Source: Thermoflexia bacterium (lineage in GTDB: Bacteria > Chloroflexota > Anaerolineae > B4-G1 > SLSP01). Taken from it: a DNA stretch of 54,520 nt. Within the stretch, counting starts at the first letter, position 1. The number at the start of each line of letters is the position of its first letter. Both the position numbers and the translations under genes were made by a program. The notes beneath the pieces were generated by a model, which worked only from the letters and a program-made list of their open reading frames with translations, was not told the origin of the DNA and did no database searches. Positions 36,539 to 44,514 of this stretch are shown here, piece by piece. The stretch covers positions 1 to 54,520 of the forward strand of contig DUEJ01000107.1 of the NCBI GenBank assembly GCA_011192175.1. Reading direction: 5' to 3'.

Positions 36539-37696
36539 ATGAGTATGGAAGAGGAAATAAGAACAGTCCCTAACCGTCCCCATCGTCACTGTCCGGTCTG
36601 TGATGCCCGGGTAGCAGAAGGAGCTAAAACTTGTCTGATGTGCGGAGCCTCTCTAGATGATACGGAATCTCTAACGGCCCCGGCAACTGAAGCAGGAGTA
36701 CCTAAAAAACGGCTCACCTGGCACCGGCTGGCCATTCTAGGCGGTTTAACACTGGTCATTCTCACCACGGCGGTTCTATTGGGACTGAATCTCTCCCGTA
36801 AAACCTCCGTGGTACCCACCGCCACCGCCACCATCACTACCACCCCCACTATCACGCGCTCCCCTACCGTCACACCCTCTCCCCCCATCACCCCCTCACC
36901 ATTCCCCACCGCCACTCCCATTCCGCCAGAGGCCTATACTATCCAGGCCGGCGACACCTTGCTCTCCATCGCCTACAAATTCGATATGACTGTGCCGGAA
37001 TTAAAAGCCTTCAATTACCTGGAAGACGACACCATCGTAGTGGGCCAAGCGCTACTGATACCTCCGCCCACCCCTACCCCCGGCCCCACGCCGACTTGGG
37101 ACCCGGCCCAGCCCACGCCGACCTATGCGCCCTATCTACTCCACACCGTTAAACGCGGCGACACGCTCTCCACAATTGCCGAAAAGTATAACGTCAGCCT
37201 AGCTGATATTCGGTGGGCCAATGATATTCCCGCCGATTCCACCACGTTACAAGTAGAGCAGCTATTGCAAATTCCACAATACACACCTACCCCGGAAGCT
37301 CCACGGCCAGCTCTGGTTGAAGGCACACCTGCTCCGCGAGCCGGCTACGCATCTCCCACCCTACTCTATCCACCCACGGGGATGACTTTCACCGGCGCGC
37401 AGACGCTAGTTATGTTACAATGGACCTCCACCGGGATTTTAGAGGAAGAGGAGTATTACCGAGTGGAACTCATAACTCCCACCGGAGATAAATCAGCGAG
37501 CACTTATACTTACCTGCGCAGCACCGCGTGGCGGGTCCCGGAAGAGCTCTTCCCTATCCCCGAAATAGCCAATCGCACCTGCTCTTGGCGCGTGGCAATT
37601 GTCCGTCGCCGCGGCCCGGCGGCTAACCCAATCGATACAGTTATCAACCCCGCCGTGGAAGAGCGTACTTTTTTCTGGAAACCAGCACAACCATGA
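36539..37696 (+). CDS. Zinc-ribbon / TM / LysM-LysM membrane-anchored protein
   Basis: CPVC...CLMC, one TM helix, Thr/Pro linkers, YTIQAGDTL and HTVKRGDTL LysM repeats. Start uncertain. Confidence 0.85.
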   Translation: MSMEEEIRTVPNRPHRHCPVCDARVAEGAKTCLMCGASLDDTESLTAPATEAGVPKKRLTWHRLAILGGLTLVILTTAVLLGLNLSRKTSVVPTATATITTTPTITRSPTVTPSPPITPSPFPTATPIPPEAYTIQAGDTLLSIAYKFDMTVPELKAFNYLEDDTIVVGQALLIPPPTPTPGPTPTWDPAQPTPTYAPYLLHTVKRGDTLSTIAEKYNVSLADIRWANDIPADSTTLQVEQLLQIPQYTPTPEAPRPALVEGTPAPRAGYASPTLLYPPTGMTFTGAQTLVMLQWTSTGILEEEEYYRVELITPTGDKSASTYTYLRSTAWRVPEELFPIPEIANRTCSWRVAIVRRRGPAANPIDTVINPAVEERTFFWKPAQP

Positions 37697-37811
37697 CCCT
37701 CATTTGACACGCCAGACAAAGGAACCGCGTATGACCGCGAAATGTCGTCACCCGCGCTAAATGAAACCCCAGCCGCGGCTCAGTAGGAAATGGGTTTCAG
37801 GAGAAAAAATG

Positions 37812-37888
37812 GGACGCGGACCAGCACGGATGAACACGGATAAAAAATAGCCACAAAAATCCGCGCTCGGCAGCGTTCATCCGCGTCC
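37812..37888. repeat. Inverted element of ~9-10-nt units (ggacgcgga...tccgcgtcc)
   Basis: Terminal inverted match and internal cacggat units; same family as 32053-32132. Confidence 0.7.
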
Positions 37889-37920
37889 TATAAAAAATCA
37901 GGTTTCATAGGAGAAGATAT

Positions 37921-38439
37921 ATGCGCGTCAAAAATCGAGCCCAGACTCCTGTTGAATTTTTCTCACAGAGCTATCGGCTCTCCTGCACTTTTGATGCCCG
38001 TCGCCATTCTTTAGGAGATTTGCTCTATGCTACCACCTCAGCTTACTTGATGTTAGATAATGCCTACATTTCTCCCATTGACCATCCATCCCGTATCTCA
38101 GCCGACTATCCGCGTGTCATCATTATTAAAGAAAGCCTCACCTTTGCGCTAACCACTTACAGAGATGATGCGTTACGCCGCGATCAAAAATATGGCAGTT
38201 ACCTGGGTACCCAGCTAACTGCAGTTTTCATCACCCTCCCCCACTTTGACATCAGTGGTGAGCTACGCATCCCCGGTCGTTTTGATCCTCGCGTCCTGCT
38301 TAGTTCACAGACCGGCATGTTCATCACGTTACTCAACGTAACCGCGCGGTTAACCTCAAATCCAGAAATTACTTATCACGGGGAAGCCGCCATAGTAAAT
38401 AAAAACCAGGTCAGTTTCATGGGGTTATCTGATCGCTAG
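37921..38439 (+). CDS. Hypothetical protein, probably co-transcribed with the REC-ParA gene
   Basis: 172-aa ORF with an AGGAG RBS and an 18-bp gap to the next gene. Confidence 0.7.
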   Translation: MRVKNRAQTPVEFFSQSYRLSCTFDARRHSLGDLLYATTSAYLMLDNAYISPIDHPSRISADYPRVIIIKESLTFALTTYRDDALRRDQKYGSYLGTQLTAVFITLPHFDISGELRIPGRFDPRVLLSSQTGMFITLLNVTARLTSNPEITYHGEAAIVNKNQVSFMGLSDR

Positions 38440-38457
38440 CGCGGGGGGAAATTAACA

Positions 38458-39540
38458 ATGGCACATATTCTGATAATTGATGATAACTATGAGATATTAG
38501 AGATGCTCAAGACGATCTTGGGACAGCGAGAAACACACCAAATATCGCTCTCCGCCAACGGGAAAGATGGTTTAGCTCAAGCCCTCAAGGAACGCCCAGA
38601 TCTGGCTATCGTGGATGTGATGATGCCGGAAATGAGCGGCTACGAGGTCGTGCGTCGTCTCCGAGCGGATTCAAATACGGCAGATATGGGCATCATCATC
38701 TTGACCGCACGCGGACAGGCCGTGGATAAAGCGGCCGCCCTCGAAGCAGGCGCAAGCCATTACATGTCAAAACCGGTCAATGCACAAGAATTATTGGAGG
38801 CAGTTAATAAGATTCTCACGGTACCTCCAGCGCAAAAAGGGTCTGTTCTCTACCCCGTTTTCAGCTTACGCGGAGGGGTTGGCGTCACCACCCTGGCTGT
38901 CAATCTCGCCTTGTTGCTCCAACATCTAAGCGCCACGGCACTGATTGATTTTTCACCCAACTCAGGACATTGCGCTTCGTATTTGGGGTTACGTCCCAGG
39001 CAACACTGGGGTCAGTTTATCCAGAAAGATACTGATTCAACCATTGGCAGCCTAACCATGAAACATCACTCCGGATTACGATTACTGGCCGCGCCGCCCA
39101 TCCCTATCCCCACAGAGCAACTCGCCGAAGCGACGGTGGAACTGCTGCTCGCCGTTTTACAAAAATACCTCCACTTTGTGGTAGTAGATATGCCTCCAGT
39201 ACTGAATAGCACCAGCACACTCATACTAGAAAAAGCAACTAGAGTAATCTTGGTAAGTGGCTCCGACTCTCCCGGCCTCCAAACCACACTACGCACTGTA
39301 CAAGCATTGCAAGAATACCATCATAAATTAGTATTGGTGCTCAACCACATTGCTCCTGGTCGCCAGTTACCCTTATCAACAGTACAACGCGCGCTCCACA
39401 TACCAATCACAGCCCAAATCCCCTATTACGCCCAAGAGATCGCCACTAAACAAGCCGGAGCTCCGGCCGTGCTCAGCCAACCAAAATCGCCGGTAGTGAG
39501 CAATTTGCAACAGGTTGTCCGCACCTTACTGCGTAAGTAA
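38458..39540 (+). CDS. Receiver domain + MinD/ParA-like ATPase (CpaE/TadZ-like)
   Basis: ILIIDD...AIVDVMMP...MSKP; deviant Walker A FSLRGGVGVTTLA, LRLLAAP, VVVDMP. Confidence 0.82.
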   Translation: MAHILIIDDNYEILEMLKTILGQRETHQISLSANGKDGLAQALKERPDLAIVDVMMPEMSGYEVVRRLRADSNTADMGIIILTARGQAVDKAAALEAGASHYMSKPVNAQELLEAVNKILTVPPAQKGSVLYPVFSLRGGVGVTTLAVNLALLLQHLSATALIDFSPNSGHCASYLGLRPRQHWGQFIQKDTDSTIGSLTMKHHSGLRLLAAPPIPIPTEQLAEATVELLLAVLQKYLHFVVVDMPPVLNSTSTLILEKATRVILVSGSDSPGLQTTLRTVQALQEYHHKLVLVLNHIAPGRQLPLSTVQRALHIPITAQIPYYAQEIATKQAGAPAVLSQPKSPVVSNLQQVVRTLLRK

Positions 39541-39672
39541 TTTGACAGTAGCCCTCCGCAGCCTGAGAGGGGAACAGCTCTATCCACCAAAAATCTCTTG
39601 AGAGCTGCGATTCGAGAACTTGAGGGCGCATCTGTAGGATCTCTGGGATCCAATAAGGAATTACCGGTCCAC

Positions 39673-39711
39673 AAAAATAAACCTTCCGTTTCCAGTAAGC
39701 GGAAGGCTTAT
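39673..39711 (-). terminator. Rho-independent terminator
   Basis: aaaaataaaccttccg...cggaaggcttat; U-tract on the minus strand. Confidence 0.65.
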
Positions 39712-39794
39712 CAATTAAATCTCGTGACGTGGAACTGGACGGCTTCCTGGCCGAGTCGCTAACAGGCGCAGTTCAGGTAGAAACCTCTCCCCCG

Positions 39795-39959
39795 CTAGAG
39801 CTGGATACACCCCAAAACTACCAAAAAGAGCCCGCCTATTAACGACACATTGAGAAAAAGTAGGACTGAGAGCACAAACCGTTGCCAGGGAAGCAGTCCT
39901 AGCCCCAATCCTGACCGGGTTGCCGAATCATCCCTCCTCTTCTCCCGTAGCTCCAACAT
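39795..39959 (-). CDS. Small single-pass membrane protein
   Basis: MLELREK...LGLLPWQRFVLSVLLFLNVSLIGGLFLVVLG; GAGG RBS and a downstream terminator. Confidence 0.55.
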   Translation of the reverse strand: MLELREKRRDDSATRSGLGLGLLPWQRFVLSVLLFLNVSLIGGLFLVVLGCIQL

Positions 39960-39995
39960 CATATACCTCTTGAAATACATTTCACCTAAACTAAA

Positions 39996-40625
39996 ATGAG
40001 CATACCTCGACCAACAGAAAAAGTCAATAGGGCCTCGCGCTTACCACGCGAGTTCTATGCGCGAGCCACCCTCACCGTCGCGCGAGAACTGCTCAACAAA
40101 CGGCTGGTGCGGCTTTTGGATGGGGAACGACTCGCGGGGCGCATCGTGGAAGTGGAGGCGTATAGCGGCGCCGAAGATCAAGCTTCTCACGCCCGTTGCG
40201 GTAAAACGCAGCGCAATGCGGCCATGTTCGGGCCGCCGGGTCAGGCTTACATCTATCTGATCTACGGCATCCACCACTGCTTGAATTTGGTCACCGCCAC
40301 GGAAGGCTACCCGGCCGCCATCCTCATCCGCGCCTTAGAGCCGGTTGCAGGACTGCCCACCCAATGGCGCTTGCGCGGCCCCAAACGCTTCCCCCAGGAG
40401 CTAACCAACGGGCCGGGGAAGCTCTGCCAAGCGCTGGCAATCGACCGCCGGTTCGATCAAACCGACCTTTGTGCTCCGCAAAGCCCGCTCTGGGTTGAAG
40501 ACGCTGACGTTATCCACGCTTCCCGGCTGGTCGCCACTCCCCGTATCGGCGTTACGGGCGATGAGCGCGCGCGGAGCGTGCTCTGGCGCTTCTTCATCCG
40601 GGACAATGTCTGGGTGAGCAGATAA
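39996..40625 (+). CDS. mpg: DNA-3-methyladenine glycosylase (MPG/AAG family)
   Basis: GRIVEVEAY, MFGPPGQAYIYLIYGIHHCLN, ILIRALEP, NGPGKLCQAL, PRIGV. Confidence 0.95.
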   Translation: MSIPRPTEKVNRASRLPREFYARATLTVARELLNKRLVRLLDGERLAGRIVEVEAYSGAEDQASHARCGKTQRNAAMFGPPGQAYIYLIYGIHHCLNLVTATEGYPAAILIRALEPVAGLPTQWRLRGPKRFPQELTNGPGKLCQALAIDRRFDQTDLCAPQSPLWVEDADVIHASRLVATPRIGVTGDERARSVLWRFFIRDNVWVSR

Positions 40626-40646
40626 ATCAACCCAGGTACTTACATC

Positions 40647-40682
40647 AAAAAAAACGGGGGGGGAGATATCTCCCCCCCCGTT
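40647..40682. terminator. Rho-independent terminator
   Basis: aaaaaaaacgggggggg agatatct ccccccccgtt between convergent genes. Confidence 0.85.
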
Positions 40683-40704
40683 CGCGTTTCAAAACATGTC
40701 ACGT

Positions 40705-42021
40705 TTAAGCGAAGCGTTCCGCCAAAATATCTTCCAACGTGGGCTTGCCGATTACCTGTAATTCGTAACGCACGCGCTGCATAGGATGCTTGATCTTCAA
40801 GATACGCGTAAGGTCAATGGGCGTGCCGATTACCACCAAGTCACAAGGCGTACTGTTGATGGTCTCCTCTAACGCCTTTATCTGCTCTGCCCCGTAACCC
40901 ATCGCGGGCAAAACCGTGCCGGTATCCGGGTATTTCTCGTAAGTGTCCACAATCGAACCCACCGCGTAGGGGCGGGGATCGATGACCTCTGCCGCGCCAA
41001 AACGTTGCGCGGCCACGTAGCCAGCCCCGTAAGTCATGCCCCCATGCGTCAACGTGGGACCATCCTCGATTACCAAGACCCGCTTGCCCCGAATCTTCTC
41101 CGGATGATCCACGAAGAGCGGGGAAGCCGCCTCGATTACCGTCGCCTCGGCGTTTACCGCTTTCAGGCTCTGGTAAATTTCACGCACGCCAGCGTAATCC
41201 GCCGTATCCATCTTGTTGATCACAATCACGTCCGCCGCCCGGAAGTTAGCTTCGCCGGGATAATAGGAGAGCTCATGCCCCGCGCGGTGCGGGTCGGCCA
41301 CTACGATCCAGAGATCCGGGATGTAGAAGGGTAAATCATTGTTCCCCCCGTCCCAGACGATCACATCCGCCTCTTGCTCCGCTGCACGCAAAATCAGTTC
41401 GTAATCCACACCGGCATAGACAACTACCCCCCGATCAATGTGCGGCTCATATTCCTCACGTTCCTCGATGGTGCATTCATGCTTATCCAAGTCGGAGTAA
41501 TCCGCAAAACGCTGTACCGCCTGCTTAGCCAGATCACCATAAGGCATAGGATGTCGAATAGCAACTACGCGCTTGCCCATCTTTTGCAACAGATCACAGA
41601 CGCGCCGCGTAGTTTGGGATTTACCAGAGCCAGTGCGCACAGCGCAGACGGCCACCAGCGGCTTACTGCTCTTGAACATAGTAGCGTTCCCCCCCATCAT
41701 GCGGAAATCAGCGCCTGCTGCGTTGACCAAAGAAGCCTTGTGCATCACGTATTCATGCGGCACATCCGAGTAGGAGAAGATTACCTGATCAACTTTCTCT
41801 GCGGTAATCAGCTCAACCAGCTTTTCTTCGGAATAAATAGGAATGCCCGCCGGATAAAGTTCGCCCGCCAACTCCGGCGGATACCGGCGTCCCTCGATGT
41901 TAGGAATTTGCGTCGCGGTAAAGGCCACTACTTCGTAGCTCTCGTTACCCCGAAAATAGCTGTTGAAGTTGTGAAAATCACGTCCAGCCGCACCCATAAT
42001 TAGAACCCGAATTTTTCCCAT
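40705..42021 (-). CDS. COG2403 P-loop protein (cyclic 2,3-diphosphoglycerate synthetase-like; probable arginine synthetase ArcE type)
   Basis: IMGAAGRDFHNFN, VAFTATQIP, AVRTGSGKSQT, IRHPMPYG, TIEEREEYEPH, WDGGNND, EDGPTLTHG, LPAMGY. Confidence 0.8.
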   Translation of the reverse strand: MGKIRVLIMGAAGRDFHNFNSYFRGNESYEVVAFTATQIPNIEGRRYPPELAGELYPAGIPIYSEEKLVELITAEKVDQVIFSYSDVPHEYVMHKASLVNAAGADFRMMGGNATMFKSSKPLVAVCAVRTGSGKSQTTRRVCDLLQKMGKRVVAIRHPMPYGDLAKQAVQRFADYSDLDKHECTIEEREEYEPHIDRGVVVYAGVDYELILRAAEQEADVIVWDGGNNDLPFYIPDLWIVVADPHRAGHELSYYPGEANFRAADVIVINKMDTADYAGVREIYQSLKAVNAEATVIEAASPLFVDHPEKIRGKRVLVIEDGPTLTHGGMTYGAGYVAAQRFGAAEVIDPRPYAVGSIVDTYEKYPDTGTVLPAMGYGAEQIKALEETINSTPCDLVVIGTPIDLTRILKIKHPMQRVRYELQVIGKPTLEDILAERFA

Positions 42022-42221
42022 AGCTTAGCTCCTTTTAAAATATATAGCTAACAGCAACTAGTAAGCCTGCTCATGCCCGTATTCTACCTCCCAGCAGAGA
42101 CCAGCTACTACTTTATCTGATTTCTATCATCCTCACAAGTGAAATTCCGAAACAAAAACGACGCCAATCCTCACTTCGGAAGGCGCCGCAAGCTCTCGGC
42201 ACTTAACTGAAAAACAATTTA

Positions 42222-42683
42222 TCAATTCTTCTCGTTCAACTCCATTTGCCCCGACTCCAAGATAATCTGCCTAATCTCATCGCTTTGCGGAAGTAATGCG
42301 CCTAAAACTCCATTGATAAAACGGGGCGCACTATCGCCCCCAAAAGTCTTGGCTAATTCTACGGACTCGTTGATAGCCACTTTGTAAGGCACCCCGCCCA
42401 CAGCAAATTCGTACAGAGCCATCCGCAAGAGATTGCGATCAACCACCGCGACCTGCGCTAAAGGCCATTGGGAAGCATGTTGCTGGATATAGTGATCCAA
42501 AACACCACTACATCTCAGCACGCCCACTACCAGCTCTTGGCAATACTGATGCACCAAGGGAACTGCTTCGACATCCCGTTCAAAACCATGTTGTAAGACC
42601 ACTCCTACCGGATGCGTAGTCACATCAACTTCGTAAAGAACCTGTAATGCTAGCTCCCGAGCAAGACGTCGCCCCCCTTTCAT
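42222..42683 (-). CDS. nusB: Transcription antitermination factor NusB
   Basis: RRLARELALQVLY, VDRNLLRMA, VAINESVELAKTFG, FINGVLG. Confidence 0.95.
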   Translation of the reverse strand: MKGGRRLARELALQVLYEVDVTTHPVGVVLQHGFERDVEAVPLVHQYCQELVVGVLRCSGVLDHYIQQHASQWPLAQVAVVDRNLLRMALYEFAVGGVPYKVAINESVELAKTFGGDSAPRFINGVLGALLPQSDEIRQIILESGQMELNEKN

Positions 42684-42704
42684 TTCAAAAAACTGGCTCC
42701 CATC

Positions 42705-43064
42705 TTACGCCGTCTCTCTCTCTTCTGCTTGTGCAAAAATCACGTCCTCAATGTAAACGTTGACTGTCTCAACCGGCATCTCTATCATTTTTTGAATGGC
42801 TTGAGTAACATCTCTCTGGATAGTCTGTCCTAATTTGAGCAGGCTAATTTCAGGAGCGGCCAGAACATGCACTTCAACAGAGACCCGCCCTGCATTTACA
42901 GCTACTTCCACGGGGTTATGACTCAGCCCCAAAAACCGTTTCCCTTCAACCTGCTGGTAGATTTGCACCACTCCGGCAACTTTTTGAGCTGTCAGACGCG
43001 CAATAGTCTCCAATACTTCCGGTTCTACGGTAATTTTGCCAGGAACAGCTTCATTTATACCCAT
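42705..43064 (-). CDS. Asp23/Gls24 family protein
   Basis: GKITVEPEVLETIA...IQRDV...VNVYIEDV; usual position upstream of nusB. Confidence 0.88.
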   Translation of the reverse strand: MGINEAVPGKITVEPEVLETIARLTAQKVAGVVQIYQQVEGKRFLGLSHNPVEVAVNAGRVSVEVHVLAAPEISLLKLGQTIQRDVTQAIQKMIEMPVETVNVYIEDVIFAQAEERETA

Positions 43065-43111
43065 CTAGCTAACTCCTCTGGCCACTAACGATACCCAATC
43101 AAGGCTAACGC

Positions 43112-43303
43112 TTATCCCTCTTTCGCTGCTAAGACCTGCCGGCCACGATAAGTCCCACAGTTGCGACAGACGTGATAAGGACGAATCATCTCCCCACATT
43201 CAGGGCAAGTGATCAGATGTGGCAAGGAAGGCGCCGCCCAAGTTTGGGCACGGCGATTCTTACGACGGCGGCTGGTAATACGATGCTTTGGTACTGCTCC
43301 CAT
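43112..43303 (-). CDS. rpmF: 50S ribosomal protein L32 (zinc-binding form)
   Basis: MGAVPKHRITSRRRKNRR...CPECG...HVCRNCGTYRG. Confidence 0.96.
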   Translation of the reverse strand: MGAVPKHRITSRRRKNRRAQTWAAPSLPHLITCPECGEMIRPYHVCRNCGTYRGRQVLAAKEG

Positions 43304-43472
43304 CTCTTTAACTCCTTCACTATTTGTTTATCGCTGGTTGCATATAAACGCAACCAGCAAGCATTATACGTCTAAGAACACTTCTGTCAACTTAGCAACC
43401 GGGACTTTCAGCTTCCTTTTCCTTGTGCCCCTAGCCTACACCTTGAGCTGGCTGACTTTTGCCACTACGCCT

Positions 43473-43943
43473 TTATTCATCTTCCAGACGGCGCTCACAC
43501 GCACTCTCAATCCGGGCCAATCCATTCTCCACTTCCCGCAGCGAACGTTTCATCTCTTCCTCCAGTTGGCTGAGCACGGTGAAAACATACTCATCCGCAT
43601 CAGCGCGCATCGTTGCCGTTTCTTGTGCAGCTTGGTGGTAGATGATTTTCACCTGCTTGCGCGCCTCCCGCACAATCTGATGTTCAGCCAGCAGTTCTTC
43701 CAGCTCTCGCTCGGCGCCCACTAAGATCCGCTGCGCTTCCTCCCGCGCTTGCTGCAACAGCTCCTGCCGCCGCTGGACAATCTGCTGCGCTTGCTGCACC
43801 TCACCGGGCAACACCTGCCGTAACCTCTCCAACTGGCTCCGCACCTCAGCCTCGCTCACGGCCCTACTGCCAGAAAAAGGGATTTTAGGACATTCTTCCA
43901 ACAAGTATTGTTCAAGTCGCTGAATCAAAAATTCTATATCCAT
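43473..43943 (-). CDS. Conserved coiled-coil protein typically found downstream of coaD
   Basis: MDIEFLIQRLE...LPGEVQQAQQIV...ADEYVFTVLSQLE; gene context. Confidence 0.8.
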   Translation of the reverse strand: MDIEFLIQRLEQYLLEECPKIPFSGSRAVSEAEVRSQLERLRQVLPGEVQQAQQIVQRRQELLQQAREEAQRILVGAERELEELLAEHQIVREARKQVKIIYHQAAQETATMRADADEYVFTVLSQLEEEMKRSLREVENGLARIESACERRLEDE

Positions 43944-43983
43944 GATTCAATCTCCTCGTTAGGTAACGCGAAAATGCCCGACC

Positions 43984-44514
43984 CTAATCGCGCAGCGAGA
44001 CCAACTGTATCGATTCATCCATGCATGAGGCTTCCGCCCGCTTGCACGCTAAGGCCTGTTGAACATGCGGAGGCACTAAGCTAGACACATCGCCCCCCAA
44101 CATGAAAATCTCCTTGATGATGCTCCCCGTAAGGAATGCGTATTCCTGGCGAGTCATCAGACAGATTGTTTCCATACCCGGCTCAAGTTGATTGTTGGTC
44201 AACGCCATCTGATATTCCAGCTCAAAGTCAGAGATAACCCGCAATCCTCGCACCAACACTTGAGCCCCTCTAGATTTAGCAAACTCCGTCGTCAGTCCCC
44301 CATAGGGACAGACTTCGATATTGGTAACCTCACCCAACGCCGCGCGCGCTAACGCCACCCGTTCTGCCGCCGAGAACAACAATTTTTTGTTCGGCCGGTT
44401 GTAAACAGCGACGATCAGCCGCTCAAAGAGCCTCGCCGCCCGTTTCGCAATGTCAATATGTCCCCAATGGACTGGATCAAATGAGCCGGGATAGATAGCC
44501 ACGCGCGGACTCAT
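43984..44514 (-). CDS. coaD: Pantetheine-phosphate adenylyltransferase
   Basis: YPGSFDPVHWGHIDI, RGLRVISDFELE. Confidence 0.97.
   Translation of the reverse strand: MSPRVAIYPGSFDPVHWGHIDIAKRAARLFERLIVAVYNRPNKKLLFSAAERVALARAALGEVTNIEVCPYGGLTTEFAKSRGAQVLVRGLRVISDFELEYQMALTNNQLEPGMETICLMTRQEYAFLTGSIIKEIFMLGGDVSSLVPPHVQQALACKRAEASCMDESIQLVSLRD

Noticed and set aside
39551-39630. TPP or glycine riboswitch suggested by ctgagag/ctctcagg
   Set aside because: Other conserved motifs are absent, and the site lies between convergent genes rather than in a leader.
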